In this document: piece after piece, positions 10,669 through 20,890 of the stretch | Position numbering within the stretch: the first letter of the stretch is position 1 | Layout of the letters: the number at the start of each line of letters is the position of its first letter | DNA from: Candidatus Helarchaeota archaeon | GTDB taxonomy: Archaea; Asgardarchaeota; Lokiarchaeia; Helarchaeales; RDOG01 | Direction: 5' to 3' | DNA: 64,000 nucleotides | Assembly (NCBI GenBank): GCA_019058315.1 | Contig: JAHPZH010000002.1 | Location: 1,133,910-1,197,909 of the forward strand | The notes under the pieces: model-generated | Told to the model about the DNA's origin: nothing | Seen by the model: the letters and a program-made list of their open reading frames with translations, nothing else | Database searches by the model: none | Made by a program: the position numbers and the translations under genes

Positions 10669-10953
10669 ATGCCTCCAAATTGCCAAAAAATCACTTTACA
10701 TCTTGTTAGCGGTTCTACTATTTCTTTTTATACTAAATTAGAGAAAAAGGACGAATGGAAGACGAAATTATCAGAATGGTTTGAGCAAGATAATTCTAAA
10801 CCTATAACTATTCTTCAAATGTCTGTAGAATACATAGGAGATACCAATCTCTATAGATATAATGAAGGTCAAGTTCATCCAAAACATGTAGTGTTTTGGG
10901 TGATGAAACCTCAAGGGCTTCCTCCAGAAAAAGAAAAATTTATTGTGAATTAA
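10669..10953 (+). CDS. small hypothetical protein
   Basis: 94-aa ORF with a strong AGGTGA RBS 8 nt upstream of ATG. Confidence 0.7.
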   Translation: MPPNCQKITLHLVSGSTISFYTKLEKKDEWKTKLSEWFEQDNSKPITILQMSVEYIGDTNLYRYNEGQVHPKHVVFWVMKPQGLPPEKEKFIVN

Positions 10954-10990
10954 TTCATTTCTTAATCCTTTTTTTTAAATGATCAAAACA

Positions 10991-11416
10991 TTAAAAAATA
11001 ACTTCTGCAAACCATCCCCGATCATCTTGTCCACAGATTTTAAATCCAAATTTTTCATGCAAATTTTTAGAATGCTCATTTACAAATTGGAAATGAGATC
11101 TTATTCTTTTATATCCATCTGCTTTTACTTGGTTTACAAATTTTTCCATTAATTGAGAACCAATATGTCTACCTCGATATTTTTCGTTTATAGCTACTTG
11201 GTAGAGCCAAAATTCTCCTTTCACAGATGTATTTGGAAAACCAACTATATAACCAATAATTTCTGAATTATCTAGATAAACGAAAAATGTTCTTTGAAAA
11301 CAGCGAGCTAAAAATTCATATGTTCCATTAACACTCGCTCTAAGTAAAGGAGCGCAATTTTCTGCCACCTTAGTTACAGCAAATTTATCTTTAACTTGAA
11401 CATTCCGAATTGGCAT
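10991..11416 (-). CDS. GNAT family N-acetyltransferase
   Basis: QVAINEKYRGRHIGSQL acetyl-CoA motif; N...HEKFGF. Confidence 0.9.
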   Translation of the reverse strand: MPIRNVQVKDKFAVTKVAENCAPLLRASVNGTYEFLARCFQRTFFVYLDNSEIIGYIVGFPNTSVKGEFWLYQVAINEKYRGRHIGSQLMEKFVNQVKADGYKRIRSHFQFVNEHSKNLHEKFGFKICGQDDRGWFAEVIF

Positions 11417-11530
11417 GTAAATTTCATCCTCTTAAGCGTATTTTGTTAACTTATCTTTAAATTTATAATTATTTTATGAATTTTATAAATTTTAATCATA
11501 TTTTTATCAAGTTTCAATTTTAATAAAAAA

Positions 11531-11555
11531 TGCCAATATAAATTTCAAATTGGCA
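11531..11555. promoter_or_regulatory. inverted repeat, candidate operator between divergent GNAT and mvhG genes
   Basis: TGCCAAT-N11-ATTGGCA in a 350-nt intergenic region. Confidence 0.3.
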
Positions 11556-11766
11556 ATAAAGCCCTAATTTAAATTTCATAATCTCCAAAATCTATCAAAC
11601 TAAGTTTCAACTTTTAGAGCTCGTATTATTAAATAGCCCTTAAACTGCCGAATTATTTTTATTAACAAAAATCTTACTGAATTTCATCTAGATTAATTCA
11701 ATATTTCTTATATATATTAAAAAAATTAATCAGAATCGTATATTTTGAAATGTATGGTGAAAAAAA

Positions 11767-13188
11767 ATGGCTATTAAAATAGCATTTGTTCAATTAGGCA
11801 GTTGCTGGGGTTGTCATCAATCCTTAGTAGACTTGCACGAAGAACTCTTGGACATCCTACCAGCCCTAGAGATAGTCTATTGGGCTGCAGTAGTTGATAC
11901 AAAAGATAAGCAGCTCGAAGGTATGCCTGATGGCTCTGTTGATGTAGTATTAGTGGAAGGACAGGTTCGAACTGAGCATGACGTTCATCTACTTAAAGTT
12001 GCCCGAAAGAAAGGCAAAGTACTAATTATGCATGGATCATGTGCATGCTATGGTTCAGTTGCAGGACTTGCAAATATGTATCCTATTGAAGATTGTACGA
12101 AGCGAAAATATGTAACAGCAGACTCTGTAATAGATAATTATGCAATTCCCAGTGTAAATGTACCCAAATTTCTTGATAAGGTAACCGCCAATCCAGATAT
12201 AGTTAAAATTGATGCTTGGATGCCAGGTTGCCCTCCTAGACCTCATAATTATAAAAGTGCTGTATATTTCTTGGCGACATATTTTGGTGCTGAAAAATAT
12301 CCGGGCACAAATGTCTGTGAAGTCTGTGATATGAGGGGAGCTGATTGCTTAATAAAAAAAGGCAAATTATGTTTCGGTCCCATAACCGCAGCAGCTCCAG
12401 GTGTCAGGTGGCCAAAAGGAAATAAACCTGTTATGGGTGAATGGGGAATTTCTGATAAACCTGCAGATCCAGAAGCAGTTGATCTCGCTAAATTAGCTAT
12501 CAGTGTTCCTAAGCTGGCCGATAAACACATAGCACAAATAATTGAATTTGCAACTATAGCACTCAAATTACCTAACTTTGGTCATGTTCATATAGATGCA
12601 AATGTTCTAGAAATCGCTGGTCTTAGAAAACTTGCACTCCCAACAAAAGATGTATTGGGTGCAAAGGCTGTTGATTTAACAGCAGTTGCAACGGCAGATC
12701 CTCCAATATTAGGACCTCTTGCAATTAGTATTCTCACTAGCATACCAGAATTAACAAGAGATATCATTGGTGTTGCTTTACTAAAACTAGCACAGGATGA
12801 AAGATATGATGCAGGACAATCAAGTGTCTGTGATCAATGTGATAGAAAAAGTCCAGATATGGCAATTACTGGATATAAACGTGATTTTGAGGGAAAAATG
12901 GATCCAAACGTATGCTTTTTAAATCAAGGATACATGTGTATGGGTTTCCTTGCAAATAATGGATGTGGGGCGATTTGTCCTAATAATGCAAACATGGTTT
13001 GTTCCGGTTGCTTCGGCCTGTTACAGGAAGTAATTGATAATCCAGAAAAACTTCAAGCGAAAGTTTCTGAACTTTGTAAAAAAGGCGGAGTTTCAGCTGA
13101 AGATTTGATGAAAAAGATAAAAGATCCAGCTGGGCTTATATTCAGATATACGTATGCCCGAGCTAAAAAACCAGATAATATTAAATAG
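11767..13188 (+). CDS. mvhG: F420-non-reducing hydrogenase small subunit MvhG/VhuG-like, extended form
   Basis: LGSCWGC, LVEGQV, HGSCACYG, PGCPP; C-terminal CDQC...CFLNQGYMCMG..GCGAICP..CSGCFG; IKDPAGLIFRYT. Confidence 0.85.
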   Translation: MAIKIAFVQLGSCWGCHQSLVDLHEELLDILPALEIVYWAAVVDTKDKQLEGMPDGSVDVVLVEGQVRTEHDVHLLKVARKKGKVLIMHGSCACYGSVAGLANMYPIEDCTKRKYVTADSVIDNYAIPSVNVPKFLDKVTANPDIVKIDAWMPGCPPRPHNYKSAVYFLATYFGAEKYPGTNVCEVCDMRGADCLIKKGKLCFGPITAAAPGVRWPKGNKPVMGEWGISDKPADPEAVDLAKLAISVPKLADKHIAQIIEFATIALKLPNFGHVHIDANVLEIAGLRKLALPTKDVLGAKAVDLTAVATADPPILGPLAISILTSIPELTRDIIGVALLKLAQDERYDAGQSSVCDQCDRKSPDMAITGYKRDFEGKMDPNVCFLNQGYMCMGFLANNGCGAICPNNANMVCSGCFGLLQEVIDNPEKLQAKVSELCKKGGVSAEDLMKKIKDPAGLIFRYTYARAKKPDNIK

Positions 13189-13197
13189 GTGAAAAAG

Positions 13198-13713
13198 ATG
13201 CAAGATGTTGTTTTTAGAAGAAAAGTTTTAGATGTTGTTGCTGCAACTCAATTAAGAATGTGTGTACAATGTAGCCGCTGCGTTGATAACTGTCCTGTCG
13301 CTATTGAAGTCGGTGATGATAAATACAATCCAAGAAAATTAATTATGGAATCTTTCTTAGGGATGAAAAGCTTTATTTTTGGACAACCGGCTCCAGCTGA
13401 AGGATTTCCAGAGAATTTTAACCTTTGGGGATGCACTGTGTGTGATAAATGCGATGAACAATGCCCAAATAACATTCCCTTAACTGAAGTATTTTATATA
13501 CTTAAAAATATAAGTACAGAGCTCGGACAAGCACCAGAATTCTACTATACACAAGCAAAGACAATTGCGGAAAACGGTAAAGCAATCCCTATAATGGATG
13601 CTATAAAAAGAAGACGTTCATCTATGGGTTTAGCAGAGGAACTTCCAGCAGTTAATATGAATGAAATAAATACAATTTTGGAGGCAACCGAATTAAAAAA
13701 GGTGCTAAAGTGA
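13198..13713 (+). CDS. hdrC: heterodisulfide reductase subunit C (2x[4Fe-4S])
   Basis: CVQCSRCVDNCP and WGCTVCDKCDEQCP; ATG after GGTGA. Confidence 0.9.
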   Translation: MQDVVFRRKVLDVVAATQLRMCVQCSRCVDNCPVAIEVGDDKYNPRKLIMESFLGMKSFIFGQPAPAEGFPENFNLWGCTVCDKCDEQCPNNIPLTEVFYILKNISTELGQAPEFYYTQAKTIAENGKAIPIMDAIKRRRSSMGLAEELPAVNMNEINTILEATELKKVLK

Positions 13714-13723
13714 GGTTTTTATC

Positions 13724-14563
13724 ATGGCAGATATGAAATTATTCCTAGGTTGTGTAATTCCTAACAGATTACCATTCATCGAAGCAACTTCCAGAAAAGT
13801 ATTTGATAAATTAGGTGTTGAAACTTCTGATGCGGCTTTCTCATGCTGTCCAGAACCTATTGGTTTTCAATCAGTATGCAAGGAAAGCTGGTTAGCAATG
13901 GGAGCAAGAAACCTTTGTTTAGCAGAAGCTGAAGGGAAAGATATTGTGAGTCTATGCAATGGATGTGCACAAACTCTTAAGGCAACTAAACACGAATTAG
14001 ACCACGATGATGATAAGAAAGCTGAAATAAATGCAATTCTTTCAAAAGTAAATAAAGAATACAAAGGAACCTCAAGTGTTAAACATTTTATTCAAGTACT
14101 AATGGAAAATGTCGGTGTCGACAAAATTAAAGGCGCAGTTACGAATCAGATGAGCAAATTAAAAGTAGCTTGTCACACAGGTTGTCATTATTCCAGACCT
14201 TCTGAAATCATGCAATACGATGATCCTCTAAAACCAAAATTCTTAAGGAAACTTGTTGCCGCAACTGGTGCACAAGTTGTAGATTATGAAGGCGAAGAAA
14301 TTTGTTGTGGTAATGGAGCTGGAAATACTTCCAACGATGTAGGAGATGCATTAGCTAAAAATAAACTAAATAATGCAAAAGCCGGTGGAGCAAACTGTAT
14401 TGTAGTTTGTTGTCCTGCTTGTTTCCAGCAATTAGATTCGCAGAGAGATTTGCCTATAATTTACTTAACTGAACTCATAGCACTTTCTATGGGCATGAGC
14501 TACGACGACTTAAACATGAAATTTCATCAAGAAAAAAAGAATACAAAGGAACTTTTAGTTTAA
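13724..14563 (+). CDS. hdrB: heterodisulfide reductase subunit B (CCG domains)
   Basis: FLGC, SCCP, CNGC, HTGCHYSRP, CCG, CPACFQQLD. Confidence 0.92.
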   Translation: MADMKLFLGCVIPNRLPFIEATSRKVFDKLGVETSDAAFSCCPEPIGFQSVCKESWLAMGARNLCLAEAEGKDIVSLCNGCAQTLKATKHELDHDDDKKAEINAILSKVNKEYKGTSSVKHFIQVLMENVGVDKIKGAVTNQMSKLKVACHTGCHYSRPSEIMQYDDPLKPKFLRKLVAATGAQVVDYEGEEICCGNGAGNTSNDVGDALAKNKLNNAKAGGANCIVVCCPACFQQLDSQRDLPIIYLTELIALSMGMSYDDLNMKFHQEKKNTKELLV

Positions 14564-14605
14564 ACCCTATTTTTATTTTTTCTTATTTATTTTATTTTGG
14601 TTTTA
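14564..14605 (+). terminator. T-rich archaeal-type terminator region after hdrB
   Basis: several T-runs immediately after the stop, facing a convergent gene. Confidence 0.4.
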
Positions 14606-14770
14606 TCTAATATTCAGAAATGAATATTTTAACCACTCTAGTAAGATTTATTCTGATCTGGTAACTGTGTAGTAATTTTAAATTAAATTTTTTCATTTTT
14701 TTAATTAATTATCTGAATTATACTTGAAAATTTAATGACTTAGCAAAAAAAAGAAAATAAATGAAAGAAC

Positions 14771-16855
14771 TTACCATGATGAAAATATTAGCGCCGATAC
14801 TATGGAATCGTATATTTTTATGGTATGATCAGATGTATTTGAACCATAACACGAAATCGAGGTAAACGAGGATAATTGAGCAGTTACTCTCGAAGAACCT
14901 TGAACAGTTAATGAGTTTATTGTTGAGTTTCTAATAGTTCCTATACTTGCTCCCATAAATAATATTGTATCGATTTGAGAGTTCGTATCAATAGTCGCAT
15001 TAGATTTATCAAGGAAAAACGCGAATCCTGTTATACCAATCGTAGAACTGTTATATAGAATAACCTTTGAGTTGTTATATGTATTCAATGTAGTAAAACT
15101 TGCATTATCCAATGTAGCACTAGCATTATCGACCAACAAGATGGCAAGTCCCAAAGTAGGAAGGTCATTAATGTTGATATTTGCTGTATTATTTACTTCT
15201 AGATAAAGTATTGAACTTGAACCAATCGGAGAATTAATAATTGTGGTATAGTTCACGTAATTTCCCGGTCCGCTTAACCCATTTTCATTGTATAAAATGG
15301 TTCCTGAATAAATCACATACCCTTCTGCAAGAGATGTGATGGAACAATTTTCAATCGAAGCAACTGCAGATCCACTAATTCCCAAAATGTATATACTACA
15401 ATTTACAATTTTTACGTTACCAGTTGGAAGACCTATTTTCGGAGAAGTAACCGTTAAAGATTGAATAATTGTACTGAAATTTAATGAGACTGTATTTGTC
15501 GTACTTATCGATACGATTGGCATAAAACTATTATTCATGGCTATTAGCGAAGAATTCATCGAAATAGAAATTATATTTTTTGCGGAACAATTATTAAAAG
15601 TTACTTTTGAATTTTCAGCTGCCTGAATAGAAGGTGTCACAACTGTAGATATAATATTCCCTGATACAGTCGAATTTCTGATCAATGCTTGAGAATTACC
15701 ATAAGAATTTAGTGAAGTTATATTTGAATTCATAACCGACAACTGAGAATTGTCAGAAATCGTTGTAGTTGCAGTTCCAATCCCCATTGCTAAATTCGAA
15801 ACATTTACATTGTTTATTTGAGCAGATGCAGTATCATATAAATTAAGGACCAGAGAAGACATTGTAGACCATCCATTAATATAAACTATTGCAGAATTAT
15901 TTGCCACTACACTTACAAGGTTTGAAGCAGGAAGAGGCATGTTTATAATTCTGGTATTATTTTCATAAGTACCTGGTGCTGGAAGGAGACCATTATTAAT
16001 ATTAGTTGTACCTTGATAACAAATTATACCATAAGCTAATGTGCTTACAGAAGAACCATTTAAAGTTAACCGTGCAATTCCTGAAACTATTGCTATTGTA
16101 ACCATTGAATTATATACAATCGCACTTGAACCTTCTGATATACCAAGTGCAAGTATAGTCGAATTTATAATCTTTGCCGGTAAAGGCGGTCCAGATAGTC
16201 CGATTGTTTTATAAGGACATGCCATATTTATACTATTAATACTGGCATTGTTAATGTAAAGGGTTGAGTTTCTCATTAGCATAAGGTATGTTACAGTCGA
16301 ATTTGGTAAGATCTCTATTTCACTCGAACCCAGAAAAGAAATTGTTCCACTTAATGCCAGATCTGTTATTTGTTGAACAATAGAGTTTTTAACTTGGACT
16401 TTCGAATTATCTGCAAGTGCGACTTGATTTATTGTAGAATTTTCAATTACTAATTCTGAATTATTATGTAAGAAGATAGTTAACATAGGGGCGTTTATAT
16501 TTCTCATAGTAAGTTTTGCATCATTATAAATATGGATAGAACTTAAACTAGTTGATGTGCTTGTACAATTTTCAAGTTTCGTCGAATTTAATACACTAAT
16601 TCCATTTATTTTGCCTGCAGTGATAGTTAAATCGTCTTCGATGATATTATTTCCGCTATCTATTAGTATACCGTAATTATTTGAATCTATTGTTGTATTC
16701 CTGCCATAAATAGGAGTTATCGTTTTTCCTGCACTTGGTGGTGGGAGTATCAAGAAACCTCCAGGAGATGGTCCGATAAAAATTAATGCAACAAATACTA
16801 TACTGATGATAGCTATTATTGAAACAGTTGTTACAATTTTACCATTTTTTTCCAT
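14771..16855 (-). CDS. membrane-anchored beta-solenoid (beta-helix-like) cell-surface glycoprotein
   Basis: N-terminal TM/signal then Pro linker; Asn/Ser/Ile/Thr-rich repeats (I.NS.I); very many N-x-S/T sequons. Confidence 0.75.
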   Translation of the reverse strand: MEKNGKIVTTVSIIAIISIVFVALIFIGPSPGGFLILPPPSAGKTITPIYGRNTTIDSNNYGILIDSGNNIIEDDLTITAGKINGISVLNSTKLENCTSTSTSLSSIHIYNDAKLTMRNINAPMLTIFLHNNSELVIENSTINQVALADNSKVQVKNSIVQQITDLALSGTISFLGSSEIEILPNSTVTYLMLMRNSTLYINNASINSINMACPYKTIGLSGPPLPAKIINSTILALGISEGSSAIVYNSMVTIAIVSGIARLTLNGSSVSTLAYGIICYQGTTNINNGLLPAPGTYENNTRIINMPLPASNLVSVVANNSAIVYINGWSTMSSLVLNLYDTASAQINNVNVSNLAMGIGTATTTISDNSQLSVMNSNITSLNSYGNSQALIRNSTVSGNIISTVVTPSIQAAENSKVTFNNCSAKNIISISMNSSLIAMNNSFMPIVSISTTNTVSLNFSTIIQSLTVTSPKIGLPTGNVKIVNCSIYILGISGSAVASIENCSITSLAEGYVIYSGTILYNENGLSGPGNYVNYTTIINSPIGSSSILYLEVNNTANININDLPTLGLAILLVDNASATLDNASFTTLNTYNNSKVILYNSSTIGITGFAFFLDKSNATIDTNSQIDTILFMGASIGTIRNSTINSLTVQGSSRVTAQLSSFTSISCYGSNTSDHTIKIYDSIVSALIFSSW

Positions 16856-17164
16856 GAATTATCACCGATATTCTCTAAAAATTTTTATTAAGGGTCTTAA
16901 AAAATTCATATTTTTGAATTTTTTGATTCATCCTCTACCCATTAAGGGGTGTTTTAATACGAAGATGTTCTTCTTTAAAAAATATTGTTGTATTAAAATC
17001 TGTCTAATAATTTAAATTAAAAATATGGAATTTAATTTAAATTGAATAGTCTAAGGCGTTAAAGCTAATATCTTGATTTATTGAAAGAACGAGATCAATC
17101 TAATAGTTCGAATATATAAGAAAATTGAAAAAATTTTGATTATTTTAAATAATTCACTTATTTA

Positions 17165-18532
17165 TTAATGCAATTGTTTTAATTTTTCTTTCATTTCTCT
17201 TGTTTTTTCAAGATTTAAAGGATATATCGACAAAAATATAAGCCCTAGAATCATTGCAATTGCTGGAAATAAGCCCATTATCATTCGAATACCCCATATT
17301 GCTGAAGTGCTTTGTGGGATGTTTATAATCTTACCAAATGGATCAATTAAATCCGGGATAAAACCAGTTGTAGCTAATGTAATAGCTATCACAGCTTGTG
17401 CCACTCCAATAGCTGGTTTTGTAAATAATGCATTAGTTCCAAAATACATTGCTTCTCTCCTTTGGTTTGTTCTTAATTCATCCCAATCCGTACATTCTGC
17501 AATCATCACATTTGAGAAAATTAAAGGACCAGCTAATCCGAATCCGCATATTGCAAGTATAATGAATGAAAATATATAGTCCGAACCTAAAATGAATAGC
17601 AGGAATAATCCAACTATGATGAATAATGCACTATAAATTACGGTAGCTTTTACTCCAATTTTTTTAGATACATTAACCCAAATAAAAAAACCTGGTAAAA
17701 GTGTTATGAATAAAGCGACAAATAATAGCATTGCCCCTAATGAAGAAGTCTGTAGGACATGTGTTGCGTAAAAAATAACATTCGCTACTATTATAGAACT
17801 CATAAATTGTTGCATAAAATTCCATCCGACAAAAGCCATAAACGGTCTATTTTTAATACTTTCAATTAAAGCTTTACCTAAACCCATAGATTCTTCTTCC
17901 TCATATAAACCTCTTTCTCGAATCAACAATGATGGTATTAAAAGGACAATCATTGAAATTGCACTACTAATAATAATGAATAAAAAGAACATAAACAGGT
18001 TATTTTTGAATAATAATGGAAATATGAAAGAGGCTGCAATGCCGACTATTGAAAAAACTTGACTAATCATACTAATTTTCGTCCTTTCTGTCGTTAATGT
18101 AGTTAATTCAGGCATTAAGGCGTTATAACAGCCAGCAACCATAGTATAGCAAGTGTCAAACAAGAGTAGGAAGAAAGTAAACCAAATCGCAAGACCGATT
18201 TGATCCACAGATAAATATGGAAAGAATAGAAATATCGTGGAAATCATCCATATCGGAGTAAAAATTCTGATAAAGGGTATTCGTCTCCCCCATTTAGTTC
18301 TTGTTCTATCTGAGATCCAACCAAAAATTGGATCATTTAACGCATTCCAAATATTATAAAAAACTAGCATTATGATTGAATAAGTATAATTATCTAATTT
18401 CATAATATTGAGCCAAAACCATGCGGTTACTGCCGCTTGTATTCCATTAAACATTTGTGTGCCAACATATCCCATTCCATAAATTATTTTTTTTCCAGTG
18501 CTAATCTCAACAGCCATAGTCCCTTCTAACAT
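17165..18532 (-). CDS. MFS transporter, GPH/MelB family sugar symporter
   Basis: WNALNDPIFGWISDRTRTKWGRRIPF, LMPELT..T.ER, D.DELRTNQRREAMYFG. Confidence 0.93.
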   Translation of the reverse strand: MLEGTMAVEISTGKKIIYGMGYVGTQMFNGIQAAVTAWFWLNIMKLDNYTYSIIMLVFYNIWNALNDPIFGWISDRTRTKWGRRIPFIRIFTPIWMISTIFLFFPYLSVDQIGLAIWFTFFLLLFDTCYTMVAGCYNALMPELTTLTTERTKISMISQVFSIVGIAASFIFPLLFKNNLFMFFLFIIISSAISMIVLLIPSLLIRERGLYEEEESMGLGKALIESIKNRPFMAFVGWNFMQQFMSSIIVANVIFYATHVLQTSSLGAMLLFVALFITLLPGFFIWVNVSKKIGVKATVIYSALFIIVGLFLLFILGSDYIFSFIILAICGFGLAGPLIFSNVMIAECTDWDELRTNQRREAMYFGTNALFTKPAIGVAQAVIAITLATTGFIPDLIDPFGKIINIPQSTSAIWGIRMIMGLFPAIAMILGLIFLSIYPLNLEKTREMKEKLKQLH

Positions 18533-18622
18533 TTTAATTAGCTCATTAATTAATATTCAAATGATGAAAAAAGATAATTAAAAACTAAGTTTAATCAATT
18601 ATAAAAAGGAGATCTTCAGTAT

Positions 18623-18961
18623 ATGAAGAAGAAAAATGTATTATTCGTTTGTACAGGCAATATAAATAGAAGTAAGACTGCAGAACAGTTATTTAAGGAT
18701 TGGGAAGGATTGAATGTAAAATCTGCAGGAATTTATTGGGGTGCAAAGACCCCTTTAAGTCGAGGACTCGTCGATTGGGCAGATATTATATTTGTAATGG
18801 AAGAACTCCATTATAATTACATAGCTAATCATTTTCCAAATGTATTAACAAAGGTAGTAATTTTAGGAATTGCAGATATTTATTTAACAAATGACCCCAG
18901 ATTGGTTAAAATATTAGAGGAAAATGTCACACCTTATCTTAAAAAATTATTGGTAAGTTAA
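18623..18961 (+). CDS. low-molecular-weight protein tyrosine phosphatase-like protein
   Basis: P-loop LFVCTGNINRS (CX5R), KSAG, WADIIFVME. Confidence 0.9.
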   Translation: MKKKNVLFVCTGNINRSKTAEQLFKDWEGLNVKSAGIYWGAKTPLSRGLVDWADIIFVMEELHYNYIANHFPNVLTKVVILGIADIYLTNDPRLVKILEENVTPYLKKLLVS

Positions 18962-18963
18962 TA

Positions 18964-20730
18964 ATGCTTAATCTTAACGAATCTAATATTATATTACTTT
19001 ATATCATTTTAATTACTTCTTTTAATGGGTTATTATGTGGATTAGTCTCTAATATTATTGCGAAACGTAAATTAAAAGAGTATAAAGAAAATTTTTTTGC
19101 TAAAGTCAAAAACAATTTAGGATTCGGGTTAATTCTTATCTTAATTAACAAATCATTTTGGATAGGTTACATTATAACCTTAATTTTCAGTATAACATTG
19201 ACCTTTTTAAATAATTTCGAATTATTTTCTCTTTTAATTTTAAATATAATTATATATTTCTGGTACTTTTTTATTTATTTAATATCTAGAAGCGGATGTG
19301 ACCTTATTCCTAGTAAAATACCACCTAAACCTTATATCAGAATCAAAGATCCTATAATTCAAGAAGGGTATCATGAAATATTTAAACGATTAGAAACCAA
19401 TCTCAATGCACCAAAGGGTAATTTAAAACATCGTTGGGCAATGCCAGCTGCAATATTTATGTTTTGTTATTTATGGGATTCTGCATTTATATCGCTGGTT
19501 TGGAAATATTGGGATCAAAATATAGCGAGCGAAATATTATTACCACTTCTTGATAATCAGACTGAAGATGGAAGAATTCCTCATTTCGTCGCTTTTTTTA
19601 ATAAATCGGAAAAGATCCAACCTCCACTTATTGCTTGGGCAATTTCTAATCTTAAGGTTAGTAATGAATATCTAAAATATGCATATTCTAAATTGAAAAA
19701 GTTCAATGAATGGCTTTATCAAAATAGAAGATTGAAAAATGGTCTATTTTTTTGGAAACATTCATATGAATCTGGCATAGATAATTCTCCGAGATTTACA
19801 GATCGAAGTGAAAAGCATAAAAAGGATTTAACAAGGTTAGCAGTTATCGATTTAAATAGTTTTATGGTACTTCAAAACCAATCTTTAATTAAAATAGCTG
19901 GAAAACTACAAAAACATGATAATAAAGATAATTATGAAACAGATATCGATGAATTCCACCAAAAAAATGAAGATTTAGTTGAATTAATCCAAAAATATCT
20001 ATGGGATGAAGAGACAGGGTTATATCTTGATTATGATATTGTAAGTAAAAAACGAATTGTTATTAATACTATTGCTAGTTTTTTTCCTCTCATTGCCGAA
20101 ATCCCGACAGAAAATCAAGCTAAACGGTTAATTAAACATTTAAAAAGTCCCTATGAATATAATACAACAATTCCACTTCCAACTGTTGCATTAAATGATA
20201 AGAATTTTGAAAAGGATATGTGGAGAGGACCTGTCTGGGTTAATACAGCATATCTAGTAATCAAAGGTCTTGAAAAATATCGAAGGTATAAATTGAGTGG
20301 GGAATTTGCATTTAGAATAATTAAAGGAGTTTTTGAAACTTGGAAGAATGAGGGATCATTTTACGAATTTTACGATCCTGAAAGATATGATCTAAAAGAG
20401 TTAACTAGAAAAAAAGGGAACTTATATAAACAACTTACGCTTGGAAGGAAACCTGTTAAAAATTTTGTTGGTTGGACAGGTTTAGTAAATTCTTTACTTG
20501 TTGAATCCGTTATAGGTTATGATTTATTTGAAAATACAATTCAATCACGTCTGCCAGAAGAATTAAAAGGTAGAAAAATAGTTTTAGGATTTCCCTCAGA
20601 ATCCCTAGAACTTGAAATCTCATATGAGAGTGAAAATGATATTTCAATAACAATTATAGATTTAAATTCCAAAAATATAGAAAGCTTCAGAAAGGGTGTA
20701 TTATTTCAAAAAATTTTCCTTAAAACTTAA
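18964..20730 (+). CDS. GH63/MGH1-like (alpha/alpha)6 glycoside hydrolase with N-terminal TM helices
   Basis: YLWDSAF, QPPLIAW, ESGIDNSPRF, DLNS, WRGPVWVN, FYEFYDP, FVGWTG; about three TM segments in the first 110 aa. Confidence 0.85.
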   Translation: MLNLNESNIILLYIILITSFNGLLCGLVSNIIAKRKLKEYKENFFAKVKNNLGFGLILILINKSFWIGYIITLIFSITLTFLNNFELFSLLILNIIIYFWYFFIYLISRSGCDLIPSKIPPKPYIRIKDPIIQEGYHEIFKRLETNLNAPKGNLKHRWAMPAAIFMFCYLWDSAFISLVWKYWDQNIASEILLPLLDNQTEDGRIPHFVAFFNKSEKIQPPLIAWAISNLKVSNEYLKYAYSKLKKFNEWLYQNRRLKNGLFFWKHSYESGIDNSPRFTDRSEKHKKDLTRLAVIDLNSFMVLQNQSLIKIAGKLQKHDNKDNYETDIDEFHQKNEDLVELIQKYLWDEETGLYLDYDIVSKKRIVINTIASFFPLIAEIPTENQAKRLIKHLKSPYEYNTTIPLPTVALNDKNFEKDMWRGPVWVNTAYLVIKGLEKYRRYKLSGEFAFRIIKGVFETWKNEGSFYEFYDPERYDLKELTRKKGNLYKQLTLGRKPVKNFVGWTGLVNSLLVESVIGYDLFENTIQSRLPEELKGRKIVLGFPSESLELEISYESENDISITIIDLNSKNIESFRKGVLFQKIFLKT

Positions 20731-20890
20731 CAAAGTAGTTAATACGAATTTTATTTTTTTTAATATTAGTCAGAATCTTTTTCTTTTTTTTTATTGAATT
20801 CAAATAAATGCTAAAGTCAAATTTACTTAATTATTTAAATTTATTGGCGATTTCCTTGTATCAAAAATAACACAAGGAAATGTTTAAAAA

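Noticed and set aside
16806-17015. Short intergenic ORFs 16806-17015 (+) and 23767-23982 (-)
   Set aside because: They overlap real gene ends, are low-complexity AT-rich translations, and have no RBS or paralogue support.
17009-17043. 13-bp perfect inverted repeat AATTTAAATTAAA-N9-TTTAATTTAAATT (and a 10-bp one at 16899-16924)
   Set aside because: Almost purely A/T in very AT-rich intergenic DNA; no transposase or target duplication; chance cannot be excluded.
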